From Methanocorpusculum sp. (lineage in GTDB: Archaea; Halobacteriota; Methanomicrobia; Methanomicrobiales; Methanocorpusculaceae): a DNA stretch of 64,000 nt. The notes under the pieces are model-generated. The model worked only from the letters and a program-made list of their open reading frames with translations, searched no databases and was not told the origin of the DNA. This document shows positions 20,196 through 30,569 of the stretch, in pieces. Numbering within the stretch: position 1 is the stretch's first letter; every line of letters begins with the position of its first letter. The stretch is from the NCBI GenBank assembly GCA_029986255.1, contig DALTYD010000001.1:23063-87062 (forward strand), in the 5' to 3' direction. A program made the position numbers and the translations under genes.

Positions 20196-20882
20196 ATGCT
20201 TTCTACCTATCATGATTTTTATTTTTTCCACCATACATCTCCCCGTGTTGTAATCGCGGTATTGCTGATTGGTATACTGCTAATCGTTCCTGTATCAGCG
20301 AACACCGCGGTGTATTACATTGCGGAGAATGGAACATCATTTTCTGCCGAGGTCACTCTTATAAATCAAAGTCGTTATCTTTTGTTTTCTTCAGGTTTCC
20401 TTGGTGAAGGAGCTGAATTAAAAGTAAATAACCTTACGCTTATTGCTGAAAATGGGACAGTTGTGCCTGTTCATAAGAAGAGCTCCACAGAGCTTGTATT
20501 TCCCGAAGGAAACTATACGCTTGTTTATGAGGCACCCATTGTTGGATATTTTGTGAATGCGCAGTATCTTTCTTCGTTTAATACTATTGTGTTTCTTCCA
20601 TCATGCTTTCTCACAAACAATATATTCCTTGGCTCTGTTAGTAATGGTGGAAAAATATATTGGGTTGTTGAAGATATACAACGAATAAAAAAACAGAATA
20701 ATGTTTTTACGGATATAGAATATGGGACCATTGTTGTATGGAATGATAAACGCGAGATACAAATGCGATTTTATCCAATGATCTATGAAAAGTATTTTGG
20801 TCTCAGTATGTGTCTGTGGTTTTTCATATTCTGTGTTGTAGGATATTATTACTTTCGACAAAAATGGAAAACAAAGAAGTGA
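20196..20882 (+). CDS. Membrane-anchored secreted protein (DUF5803-like)
   Basis: Signal peptide ending ..VPVSA, FPEGNYT motif, C-terminal TM with basic tail. Confidence 0.65.
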   Translation: MLSTYHDFYFFHHTSPRVVIAVLLIGILLIVPVSANTAVYYIAENGTSFSAEVTLINQSRYLLFSSGFLGEGAELKVNNLTLIAENGTVVPVHKKSSTELVFPEGNYTLVYEAPIVGYFVNAQYLSSFNTIVFLPSCFLTNNIFLGSVSNGGKIYWVVEDIQRIKKQNNVFTDIEYGTIVVWNDKREIQMRFYPMIYEKYFGLSMCLWFFIFCVVGYYYFRQKWKTKK

Positions 20883-20989
20883 TTTTAATCTATTTTCAAA
20901 TAGGATCCCACTGATGTTAATAAATGTTACAGTGCCTTTTTTGGGTATATTTGAGTGGAAATGCTCGAATGATTGAAAAAAAGGGGAAT

Positions 20990-21880
20990 TTATTCTATGT
21001 CAATTCCATATTTTGTGGCATTGTCATCAGCAATTTCTTGGATTTTTGTGATTTCTGCATCGTTTCTGGTAGGTTTAAAGAGGTGGCGGAATCGTTTTTG
21101 AGATTTGAGATACTCATCAACTGGAACTCGCTTAATTTTTTTGACAGACGTTAATTTCCCATCAATTATTTCATAGCATGGCCATAGACCACATTCAACA
21201 GCCATTCTCCCAATTTTCATCGTTTTTGCCCCGTCGAATCCCCATCCTGTACAACAGGGTATGTGTACTTGAATGTAGCATGGGCCAGGTGTGTTCATGG
21301 CTTTTTCCACCTTTTTCATAAGATCCATTGGATATGCCATTGTGGTAGTTGCTACATATGGAGATCCATGGGCAACGAGGATCTGTGGTAGATCCTTTTT
21401 TGGCCGATTATTACCTGTTGAGCAAGTTCCTGATGGTGATGTGGTGGTGTCTGCATCATATGGAGTGGCACCAGAACGCTGAATTCCGGTATTCATGTAG
21501 GCTTCGTTGTCGTAACAGACATAAGTAAAATCATGACCACGTTCAAAAGCTCCCGAGAGGCATAGCATACCAATATCGACAGTTGCTCCATCCCCTCCAA
21601 TAATGAGAACCTTTTCCTTATCAAGTCGTCCTTGTTTTTTAAGTGCCGCTTCAATGCCTGACGCAACTGCTGATGCATTTTCAAACAGTGAGTGGATCCA
21701 AGGAGTTTTCCATGAGGTCTCTGGATATGGTGTTGAGAAAACTTCAAGACATCCTGTTGGACTTACAACAATGGTGTTTTTCCCTGCTCCTTTTAGGATC
21801 ATTCTAACTGCTGATGCTGCTCCACAGCCACCGCAGGCACGGTGTCCGCACTCTAAGTTTTCAATTGTACGATCTACCAT
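20990..21880 (-). CDS. porB: Pyruvate:ferredoxin oxidoreductase beta subunit
   Basis: GHRACGGCG, TGCLEV, GGDG...DNEAYMNTG TPP motif, PCCTGW. Confidence 0.95.
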   Translation of the reverse strand: MVDRTIENLECGHRACGGCGAASAVRMILKGAGKNTIVVSPTGCLEVFSTPYPETSWKTPWIHSLFENASAVASGIEAALKKQGRLDKEKVLIIGGDGATVDIGMLCLSGAFERGHDFTYVCYDNEAYMNTGIQRSGATPYDADTTTSPSGTCSTGNNRPKKDLPQILVAHGSPYVATTTMAYPMDLMKKVEKAMNTPGPCYIQVHIPCCTGWGFDGAKTMKIGRMAVECGLWPCYEIIDGKLTSVKKIKRVPVDEYLKSQKRFRHLFKPTRNDAEITKIQEIADDNATKYGIDIE

Positions 21881-23038
21881 TTATAACAACTCCTCGTGCA
21901 GTCCGTAGAACATATCTCCGGATCCTTTTTCGGCAAGCTCTACAATCTTTTTGATATCTGTTTTACGCACATCACGTCCGCCAAGACCTATGATATAATC
22001 ATAGATTGGAATACCCGAATCGTAACATGCTTCCTTGACTTCAATGGCGACTGCACCTTTTGCGCCGAGACTAATATTCTTGTCTAGCACTGCAATCGTG
22101 TTGACATGGGCGAGTGCTTTTGCAATCTTTTCTGATGGGAATGGACGGAAACAACGGATTTTTAAGAGACCAACTTTCTTTCCTTCTGCCCGCATCTCGT
22201 CAATTGCATCTTTGATAGTACCACAGATAGATCCCATGGCAATGATTGCTATATCTGCATCTTCGAGTTTGTATTCCTCGACAAGTCCCGAGTAATCTCG
22301 ACCAAACATATCATCAAATACTTTTCCATACTTGTCTAGAGCATCCGCTGCACGATGGAGGGCTTGATCGTGTTCGTACCGGAACTCCAAATAATACTCA
22401 GGTGTTGCGTACATACCAAATGAGATTGGATCTTTTATGTCTAGTTTTTGGTACGGGGTGAACGGGCCGAGGAAGTTATCAACTTCTTCTTGAGATGGAA
22501 TATCTACTGGTTCAAACACATGTGAGAGAATGAATCCATCAAAGCAGACGAATGCTGGAAGTAGGATATTGTGATCTTCGCAGATTTTGTAGGCGAGGAC
22601 ATGAAGATCAACTGCCTCCTGATTGTCTTCAGCATAGAATTGTAACCATCCTGAATCTCGCATCATGATAGAATCTTGCTGATCATTCCAGATAGATAAT
22701 GGAGCGGATATTGCACGGTTTGTAATACCCATTACAATTGGAAGTCTCATCCCAGCGGAGTTGAATACGACTTCCGCCATCAGGGCAAGACCTTGTGATG
22801 TTGTTGCAGAGTAGACTCGACTTCCCGCAGCTGCTGCCCCGATACAGCAGGATAGTGCAGAAAATTCCGACTCTACGCAGATGTATTCCGCATCTAGTCG
22901 CCCGTCTGCAATAATAGATGCAAGGCCTTCTACAATGTGTGTCTGTGGAGTAATAGGATATGCGGATATCACCTGCGGACGGCAGAGCCTAACTGTCTCT
23001 GCCACAGCGATGGATCCTTCCATAATCTGAAGTGTCAT
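21881..23038 (-). CDS. porA: Pyruvate:ferredoxin oxidoreductase alpha subunit
   Basis: AYPITPQT, ESEFSA, ATTSQGL, RPFP, GLGGRD. Confidence 0.96.
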   Translation of the reverse strand: MTLQIMEGSIAVAETVRLCRPQVISAYPITPQTHIVEGLASIIADGRLDAEYICVESEFSALSCCIGAAAAGSRVYSATTSQGLALMAEVVFNSAGMRLPIVMGITNRAISAPLSIWNDQQDSIMMRDSGWLQFYAEDNQEAVDLHVLAYKICEDHNILLPAFVCFDGFILSHVFEPVDIPSQEEVDNFLGPFTPYQKLDIKDPISFGMYATPEYYLEFRYEHDQALHRAADALDKYGKVFDDMFGRDYSGLVEEYKLEDADIAIIAMGSICGTIKDAIDEMRAEGKKVGLLKIRCFRPFPSEKIAKALAHVNTIAVLDKNISLGAKGAVAIEVKEACYDSGIPIYDYIIGLGGRDVRKTDIKKIVELAEKGSGDMFYGLHEELL

Positions 23039-23305
23039 TTATTTTTCCTCCTTGTTCATGGTGATTGCTTTGGCTTTGTCGGGGCACTCCTCTGCGCACA
23101 TGCCACATCCTTTGCAGAAATCTAAATCGATTTCAAAGTTCTTGTCAGATGTCTGGTTGATGCAGCCTTCCGGGCAAATAAGCTGACATGTACCACATTT
23201 CGTACATTTTTCCTTGTCAAGAAGCGGGTAAAATACTCGCCAGGATCCTGTTTTGTTGTTTCTGGATTGGCCAGGTCGTGCTGTACATCCTATTCCGAGT
23301 GTCAT
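23039..23305 (-). CDS. porD: Pyruvate:ferredoxin oxidoreductase delta subunit (2x[4Fe-4S])
   Basis: KTGSWR; CTKCGTC..CP and CKGCGMC..CP. Confidence 0.96.
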   Translation of the reverse strand: MTLGIGCTARPGQSRNNKTGSWRVFYPLLDKEKCTKCGTCQLICPEGCINQTSDKNFEIDLDFCKGCGMCAEECPDKAKAITMNKEEK

Positions 23306-23850
23306 TAGACATCACCTTCCAAAACCATATTATATGCACGCTTTGCTGCGGCGAAGTTACTCTCCGCTGGTTTTCCTGGGAATCGTTTTTCAATTGCGTT
23401 TTTCAGAGCATCCAATGTAATTTCAGAGGTTGCTGCGGAAAATGCCCCCATCAGCGTCGTATTGGTGATAGGGAGTCCAATTTCTTCCAGTGCAATTTCT
23501 GTTGCATCAATGGCGATAAGTTTGACATCTGCTGGAAGGTTGTACTCTCCTCTCTTTTCAGTGTTGATAATAGCAATTCCACCGTCAGACATTCCAGCGA
23601 ATACGTCAACGTCGCGAATGAGAGTGCTATCCTGCACAATAATGTAATCAGGCTCGTAAACCTGGCTTCTTAGTCGGATTTTCTCATTGCTGAACCGCAC
23701 AAATGCCTGAACAGGTGCTCCACGGCGTTCAACCCCGAATGCAGGAAACGCCTGGGCGTACATACCACCCTCAAAGGCTGCGGTTGCACTAAGTTCCGCA
23801 GCCGTGACGGATCCCTGTCCGCCTCTCCCATGGATGCGTAGTTCTTTCAT
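23305..23850 (-). CDS. porC: Pyruvate:ferredoxin oxidoreductase gamma subunit
   Basis: HGRGGQG, FGVERRGAPV; start taken at MKELRI. Confidence 0.96.
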   Translation of the reverse strand: MKELRIHGRGGQGSVTAAELSATAAFEGGMYAQAFPAFGVERRGAPVQAFVRFSNEKIRLRSQVYEPDYIIVQDSTLIRDVDVFAGMSDGGIAIINTEKRGEYNLPADVKLIAIDATEIALEEIGLPITNTTLMGAFSAATSEITLDALKNAIEKRFPGKPAESNFAAAKRAYNMVLEGDV

Positions 23851-24020
23851 GTGAATAACCATTATATTTTATCACGATTAATCAATATAAATGTAGTGTT
23901 TTTTTAGATAACGTTAATTTTTCACTTATTTTCAGAAAATTCGTTCCAATATCTTGAATCTTGGAATTGATTTTTTTATTTTGGCAATTTTTCTTTTTAT
24001 TGATTGCCCCATTCGGTGAT

Positions 24021-24926
24021 TTAAAAATTATTTTTTCTGAGTTTTGATGATACGGGGATTCCAAGAATCTGTTTTGCCCCGGAGAATACATCGCGAGCGA
24101 TCCGAACGAGTCCATAGGCAGCTGCCCACTCGTCAAAGACAATGATTGACTTTTTTAGAAGTACTGATACCTCTTCGACTAGGGATGGAGCGAGGCTTCC
24201 AGCAAGAGCAACTGGTGCTTCAGGTGCTAGTAGCGCAAGGGATGCACATTCCATTGCTGTCCACATGGCTATAGTTGGGTTTTGATATTTTTCTTCTATA
24301 TGGTATTTCACGCCAGCAGTGGCGAATGCTGAATTTGCCGTGAGCTCACCAGCATCAATTTTTCTAATTGCATCTACATCCAGTGCACCGTGTTGTGTTC
24401 CTGGTGCAAACACGCAAGCGTCAAACGCTCCAATTACATTACCTTTGTCAACTAGAAGAGAGACTGTATTTGAACTGATGTCAGAAACGATGAAGGTGTC
24501 TCCAAGTGTTTCTGCTACAAGGTAGGCAATACCAAGTTTTTCTGGACTGGCCTGGTGTGAGTATATTTTGAATCTTGGATCTGTGTTCGTACCCCGATGA
24601 ATACCTGGTATTGCTACGGCTGGGATTTTAGAGTCCTTTATTGCATCAAAAACGCGTGTTCCTCCTCCAATGTGTTCTCCTGCTCCATTCTGTGTTAAAA
24701 CGCCACGATTCTTCAGTGTTTCTACTGGTGTTATCTGTGAAAAATTGTCTCCCATTGAGTAACTGAGTGCTATTCCCAAAATTTCATCAATTGGACCAAA
24801 TTTTTTCAGTTCATCTATGGTGAAATTTTTTGCTTTTTCACGTGTTATCTTAAATTGTTTCCCATTATCTGCTGCGAATCTGATGGCTGCTGTTCCATGA
24901 TCAATCCCAATATACATGAGGATCAT
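24021..24926 (-). CDS. Methanogenesis marker protein 12 (UPF0285, ASKHA-like)
   Basis: YIGIDHGT, YSMGD, GAGEHIGGGT, YSHQASPEK, SDISSNTV. Confidence 0.88.
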   Translation of the reverse strand: MILMYIGIDHGTAAIRFAADNGKQFKITREKAKNFTIDELKKFGPIDEILGIALSYSMGDNFSQITPVETLKNRGVLTQNGAGEHIGGGTRVFDAIKDSKIPAVAIPGIHRGTNTDPRFKIYSHQASPEKLGIAYLVAETLGDTFIVSDISSNTVSLLVDKGNVIGAFDACVFAPGTQHGALDVDAIRKIDAGELTANSAFATAGVKYHIEEKYQNPTIAMWTAMECASLALLAPEAPVALAGSLAPSLVEEVSVLLKKSIIVFDEWAAAYGLVRIARDVFSGAKQILGIPVSSKLRKNNF

Positions 24927-25605
24927 ATTTGGAGGATATCCAGATAATTATTGATCTCTTGTATGCGCTAAATATAGTTCTGATCTCATTCTGCCAATTT
25001 ATTCTTTGTTTATGACTGCTGTCCTGTCTGTTATACAGTTCTGTATGTTTTTTTATGGCGTGTGCAAAAGCCATATCCAGTCAAAATGGTTCTCACTTTG
25101 TTGATAAACTTAGCTTGATAGTATTTCGGGGACAAAATATGTGTAACATGATGATGATGCGAGTAGATATTGAAACAAATTATTTTATCTCATTGTTAGT
25201 TATTTTCTATAGAGATTGAGTAGAAACGACCCATGTTGAGTCATGATGAATAGATGGTACGTACCCATTGTGAATCTTGCTATCCATAATTTTTCATCTT
25301 GCCTTTTCTGGTATTCTTATTGATAATGGTTAATTATTCCAAAAAAAAATTTTATGTAATTTGTTTAAATACTTTAAAAATTTTCAAAAATGATATATGA
25401 TGTTCTGATTTTTATGGTTTTTCTGTTATGAATGATGATCTAAATTCCAATCTTTCTTGAATGAATATCGAAAATTATTTTTATGGTTGTGAAATAACAA
25501 AGAAATAACTTGCTTCCTTCAAACAAGTTTAGTGTTCTAGTGTTTGAGATCGCAGTTGTAGATAAGGCAGGCTTTCTTTCTGGTCTTTTTTGGAAGTGAG
25601 TTACG

Positions 25606-25917
25606 ATGTCAGAAAAACAGGGTGGATATCTTACCGCGGCTGATTTTTATCATACCATCCATTGCAGGTTTGATACAGCTTCTGCAAATGGCGAAACAGT
25701 TCTTGAAGTAAATTCTGGAAAACTCCACAAACGTCTCAAAGCTGCTAATCGTTTGTCGCTGTGTTGCAACTGTCTGTACGATATGCAAAACATCGGTGAT
25801 GTTATTCTTCATGCTCCATCTGGTGGTGTCGGTCCAGCTCTTCTTATCAGCTACTCTCTTCCACGTGACCATGGATTGATGCTGGAAAAAAAAGCATTTA
25901 TTCCCCATCTCAGGTAA
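25606..25917 (+). CDS. Hypothetical protein (Cys-Cys motif family)
   Basis: 103-aa ORF after GTGAG RBS-like site; pattern TAADF..EVNSGKLH..CCNC..GDVIL..P.G.G..L.ISYSLPR; TAATG overlap with next gene. Confidence 0.8.
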   Translation: MSEKQGGYLTAADFYHTIHCRFDTASANGETVLEVNSGKLHKRLKAANRLSLCCNCLYDMQNIGDVILHAPSGGVGPALLISYSLPRDHGLMLEKKAFIPHLR

Positions 25918-26375
25918 TGTCAAGTACGAAAGAGCGATTTTGGCGTTTTGAAGAGCTTGCTGATTTGCATCCGGTATTTCGAGAACTCTCAATAATTGCT
26001 CGACAAACCCATCCAGAAATGACGACTCGTAGGCTCTGTGGGATTACGTCTGTAACTGCTGAGCTTATATGCAAAGTGCAGAAGATTCGCATAGACAATA
26101 GAAGATTTGGTACTGTTTGCGGTGCAATCGGAAAATGCGGTATTCTCTCTCCCGAAGGGTTGTATGCTCTTGTTCTCGTGCGTATCATTGGTAATAATCA
26201 TGCTCGAAAAATTTCTGATACCTATTTAATGACACAAAATGTGTTTGCATATGCCAGTTATGCATTTTTGATATTTGCGGATGAGGTTGTCGAAACGCGA
26301 CTTTTAAAGAAAAAAAATGGTATAAATTTGGAAAAATTATATTTTTATGTACCATTATCCCAACTTCTCATGTAA
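25917..26375 (+). CDS. Hypothetical helical protein, possible DUF4145/HEPN-like
   Basis: Coupled to upstream ORF; RIIGNNH (R-x5-H) near the C-terminus; 3' end overlaps ahcY by 31 nt. Confidence 0.6.
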   Translation: MSSTKERFWRFEELADLHPVFRELSIIARQTHPEMTTRRLCGITSVTAELICKVQKIRIDNRRFGTVCGAIGKCGILSPEGLYALVLVRIIGNNHARKISDTYLMTQNVFAYASYAFLIFADEVVETRLLKKKNGINLEKLYFYVPLSQLLM

Positions 26376-27571
26376 TCTTTTTGCTCATTTGTCAATGTAT
26401 CAATTGTTACGCCAACTGCTGCAAGTTTCAGGCGGGCGATCTGTTCATCAATTTCGTTCGGTACATCGTGCACTCCGATTGTAAGGTTGCGTTCTGGTTT
26501 TGCCATATATTCAATAGATAGAGCCTGCACTGCAAAGCTGAGGTCCATAACCTCAATTGGATGACCCATACCCTTTGGTGTTGCCAGGTTGACCAATCGT
26601 CCTTCCGCGAGCAAATGGATCTTTTTGCCATTCATTACGTATGTATCAATACCATCGCGATGCACAATTCTCGATGCATGTTTTGCAAGCCATGCTATCT
26701 CAATTTCATTATTGAAGTGGCCTGCATTGGAAAGAATTGCACCAGCTTTCATCATTGGAAAATGACGTTTGGTGATGACATTGCAGTTTCCGGTTGTTGT
26801 GATAAACAAATCTCCAATCGCTGCTGCCTCGTCCATACACATTACATCAAATCCATCAAAATGTGCTTGAAGTGCTCTGCGAGGTTCTATCTCTGTTACA
26901 ATTACGCGCGCACCAAGTGCACGAGCTTTGGTTGCAACCCCGCGACCACAATATCCATATCCTGCAATGACCACATGACGGCCTGCCATGAGCACATTTG
27001 TTGTTAGCATGATTGAAGCAATCACACTCTCACCGGTTCCATGGACGTTGTCGAAGTAATGTTTCATTGGGGTATCGTTTACTGCAATAACTGGGAATTC
27101 AAGTTTTCCACTGTTCTCCATTGCACGCAATCGATGAATTCCTGTTGTTGTTTCCTCGCATGCACCAACTATTTCCGATAAGACATCGCGACGGTCATGG
27201 TGGACACGGTTAATTAAGTCCATCCCGTCATCAATAGTCAGGGTTGGGTGTGCATCAAGTACTTTATCAATTGCTGCGTAGTATTCCTCTCTGTTAGATC
27301 CGCGTTGAGCATAGCAGTCTACTCCATCTGCCCGTAGTGCTTCTGCAACATCGTTTTGTGTTGAGAGAGGGTTGCAGCCAGTGATATATACTTTTGCTCC
27401 TCCTGCAATAAGTGTGTGAACGAGGCATGCAGTCTTTGCCTCCACATGAAGTGCCATTCCAATTCTTTGGCCAATAAGAGGCTTTTCCTTTTTAAATCGT
27501 TCTCGAATAGCATTTAAGACGGGCATGTATTGCTGTGCCCACTCTATTTTCTGTTTTCCAGTCTGTGCCAT
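26345..27571 (-). CDS. ahcY: S-adenosylhomocysteine hydrolase
   Basis: LHVEAKT, CNPLSTQ, EETTTG, FDNVHGTG, GYGYCGRG, EGRLVNL, GHPIEVMD. Confidence 0.98.
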   Translation of the reverse strand: MAQTGKQKIEWAQQYMPVLNAIRERFKKEKPLIGQRIGMALHVEAKTACLVHTLIAGGAKVYITGCNPLSTQNDVAEALRADGVDCYAQRGSNREEYYAAIDKVLDAHPTLTIDDGMDLINRVHHDRRDVLSEIVGACEETTTGIHRLRAMENSGKLEFPVIAVNDTPMKHYFDNVHGTGESVIASIMLTTNVLMAGRHVVIAGYGYCGRGVATKARALGARVIVTEIEPRRALQAHFDGFDVMCMDEAAAIGDLFITTTGNCNVITKRHFPMMKAGAILSNAGHFNNEIEIAWLAKHASRIVHRDGIDTYVMNGKKIHLLAEGRLVNLATPKGMGHPIEVMDLSFAVQALSIEYMAKPERNLTIGVHDVPNEIDEQIARLKLAAVGVTIDTLTNEQKDYMRSWDNGT

Positions 27572-28539
27572 ATTTAGATGTTTTAGTTTTGCAAATCTAT
27601 TATTTTACACAATCCATACTTTTTCCTTATACATCAACTATTTGGATGTAAAACTTTCTGCCCTCATGTGATCTCTTTGGTATAGTGACGTTCTCGTTTA
27701 TTTCTCTATATAATAATTTTTCGAAGAAGATTAATGTTTTTTTTTCCTGTGAAATTGTTCGCCGTGTTGCGGTGTGGTGAGGGAAAAGATGTTGTGTCTT
27801 ACTCATATCTCCAAGGTGATGGGATTGTGACACATTATTTTGATGAGTCTGATATCCTTGGTGTTTTTGGAGTTGGTTCACTAACTTGAGTTTCTTGGAC
27901 GATGAATATTCGAGGAATAGTATATCTTAGGGAGGAGCTGCATGACTAATTTGATTGTTATCTACTGAAATGCATTCTTTTGACTGTATCTCTATGTTTT
28001 TATTGGGGCAGCACTGGTGTAGAGTATCATATCTATTGATATTATACAATATCATGCATGTACTCTCGTTGTGCATATGTTGTGAGTCAAATATCTGAAT
28101 TTGCGCTAAATGATTAAGTAGAGATTTACCATCTAGATATGTTGTACGTGTCATTATTGGGTTCAAGTATATCTTTATATTAATTTTTTATTATTATTCT
28201 TAAGTATTTTTTAGGTAATAAGTGTTAATCTAGTCATGCATAATTCGCTTATAAAAATATATGCCTATCCCGATATTTGGGTTAAAGTATTGTTTCTTAA
28301 AACGTGATCCCATAAAAAAATTCTGTTCGTGATAAGATATTATATCCATGGAGGTGCTTGATTGTTTTCCAACTCTCAAAAATGTTTGCCTTTGCAATAG
28401 TAGTTGTACAATTGTTTACAGTAAATTTGCAGAAAATATACAATTACATCCTATTTTTTCGACCAGGTTGTATAAATATTTTACTAGATGTTTATGCTGA
28501 AAAACTGTTTTTAGTCAACTATGTAAAAATATCTGAAAT

Positions 28540-30300
28540 TTATTCTCTATTTGTAATTTCAGTCATTATTTTTGTTAAAAAAGCTTCTGGTTTCATTGAG
28601 ATTGTCTTGTTGTCGCGCGTGCGAATTGAGATAGTATTTGTCTCCAACTCCTTTTCACCGATGATTATCATATATGGAACTCGTTCTGTGTACTGTGCTT
28701 GTCGGATCATGTAGCCTATTTTCTCATTGCGATTGTCCAGTTCACAGCGAATTTTTTGCTCTTCTAGCATTTGATAAATTCTTGTTGCGTACTTCTCACT
28801 CTTTTTAGATATCAGCAGGATCTTTATTTGTATCGGTGCAAGCCATATCGGGAATTTACCAGCGAAATGTTCAGTTAGAATACCAATGAACCGTTCAATC
28901 GATCCGAAACACACACGATGAACCATAACTGGTTTTGGACGTTCATCATTTTCATTTACATAAGATAAGTTGAAATTTATCGGCATCTGAAAATCCAATT
29001 GAATTGTCCCACATTGCCATGTACGTCCCAGGCTGTCTTGAAGATGAAAATCAATCTTTGGCCCATAGAATGCTCCCTCTCCCTCGTTGATTGTATAGGG
29101 GAGATTTAGTTGCTCTAAAGCGCATATTAAACCATTTGTTGCTAGTTCCCACTCCTCACTCCTCCCCATACTCTTCGTAGGTCGGGTGGAAAGTTCTAGT
29201 GTGTAATCAAAATTGAACTTGGAATATACTTGATCAATTAGCTTGATTACTGCACTGATCTCGTTGGCAATCTGATCTTGGCGCATGAAGATATGGGCAT
29301 CGTCTTGTGTGAAACTACGGACGCGGAATAAACCATGAAGAACTCCCTTTAGCTCGTGACGATGCACTATCCCAAGTTCTGCAAGGCGCATTGGCAACTC
29401 TCGGTAACTATGTGGCTCATTTGCAAAGATCATGACTGCACCTGGGCAGTTCATTGGTTTAATACAGTAGTCCTCGTCGTCGATACGAGTTGCATACATG
29501 TTCTCTTTGTAGTGTTCCCAGTGTCCACTTGTCTCCCAGAGACAGCGATTCATAATGAGCGGAGTTGATATCTCTTGATAGCCGTTGGTAATATGCAGTT
29601 CACGCCAGTATTTTATCAACTCATTCTTAATGATCATGCCATTTGGAAGAAAGAACGGGAAACCCGGACCAACCTCGTCAAACATAAATAACTTCATGTC
29701 TTTTCCAATTTTTCGGTGATCGCGGCGTTCTGCTTCTTTTTGCAATTTTAGGAAATCATCCAGTTCTTTTGTTGTTGCAAATGCTATCCCATTGATCCTT
29801 GTTAACATCTTATTTTTGTTGTCATTTTTCCAGTACGCTCCAGATACGCCTGTGAGTTTGAATGCTTTTAGGGTTTTGGTATAGGTTAGATGGGGGCCTG
29901 TACACATATCGATATATTCGCCCTGTTGATAGAAGCTTAGCGGCTTATTTTCATCAAGGTCTGTGATGTGCTCAATTTTATATGGTTCATTTCGCTCTTC
30001 CATCAATTTTAGTGCATCTTCTCGTGATAGGACGAATGATTTTATCGGCAGGTTTTCCTTGACAATTTCTCGCATTTCTTGTTCTATGTTTGGGAGATCT
30101 GTGTCCGAAAGTTTTGTGTCTCTCAGATCGATATCATAATGGAATCCCTTTTCAGTTGCGGGTCCATAGGCAAATGATGAATGTGGGTATAGGCGTTTCA
30201 CTGCCTGAGCAAGCACATGGGCTGCAGTATGCCGTATTACGTGTAATTCCTCTTCTTTTGGGCATTCACCCACATTTCCGTCATTGTAAATTACTTTCAT
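28540..30300 (-). CDS. thrS: Threonine--tRNA ligase, bacterial type (no TGS domain)
   Basis: RHTAAH...DMCTGPH editing domain, RDHRKIG, KPMNCP, GLFRVRSFTQDDAH, GAFYGPKID, WQCGTIQLDF, GSIERF. Confidence 0.97.
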   Translation of the reverse strand: MKVIYNDGNVGECPKEEELHVIRHTAAHVLAQAVKRLYPHSSFAYGPATEKGFHYDIDLRDTKLSDTDLPNIEQEMREIVKENLPIKSFVLSREDALKLMEERNEPYKIEHITDLDENKPLSFYQQGEYIDMCTGPHLTYTKTLKAFKLTGVSGAYWKNDNKNKMLTRINGIAFATTKELDDFLKLQKEAERRDHRKIGKDMKLFMFDEVGPGFPFFLPNGMIIKNELIKYWRELHITNGYQEISTPLIMNRCLWETSGHWEHYKENMYATRIDDEDYCIKPMNCPGAVMIFANEPHSYRELPMRLAELGIVHRHELKGVLHGLFRVRSFTQDDAHIFMRQDQIANEISAVIKLIDQVYSKFNFDYTLELSTRPTKSMGRSEEWELATNGLICALEQLNLPYTINEGEGAFYGPKIDFHLQDSLGRTWQCGTIQLDFQMPINFNLSYVNENDERPKPVMVHRVCFGSIERFIGILTEHFAGKFPIWLAPIQIKILLISKKSEKYATRIYQMLEEQKIRCELDNRNEKIGYMIRQAQYTERVPYMIIIGEKELETNTISIRTRDNKTISMKPEAFLTKIMTEITNRE

Positions 30301-30464
30301 GGAAATATCTCTATTCTTTTGCAGATGTACCGGTCATCTATTCTCCAGGAGACGTGTCTAATAATGCGATATGTCCTACTCAAGATAACCGTACTACATT
30401 TTTAGTCGTTTATAGGATATGGTGTTTTGGTACTTCAACTATATCCTCTCTCTAATCCTAAAAG

Positions 30465-30538
30465 CGGGCCTAAAGGGATTTGAACCCCTGGCCTACGGAT
30501 TAAGAGTCCGTCGCTATTCCTGACTAAGCTATAGGCCC
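30465..30538 (-). tRNA. tRNA-Lys(CTT), copy 2
   Basis: Reverse complement GGGCCTATAGCTTAGTCAGGAATAGCGACGGACTCTTAATCCGTAGGCCAGGGGTTCAAATCCCTTTAGGCCCG; cloverleaf with anticodon arm ACGGA-CTCTTAA-TCCGT; no encoded CCA, no intron. Confidence 0.96.
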
Positions 30539-30569
30539 TTAAAAAAATTCTCTCTTCATCCAACACAAG

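Noticed and set aside
30301..30464. T-box riboswitch upstream of bacterial-type thrS
   Set aside because: No T-box consensus (GGTGGNACCGCG) or terminator/antiterminator structure, and the region is short.
27572..30538. tRNA-integrated island bounded by att repeats
   Set aside because: No second copy of the tRNA 3' end found downstream of thrS, and no integrase.
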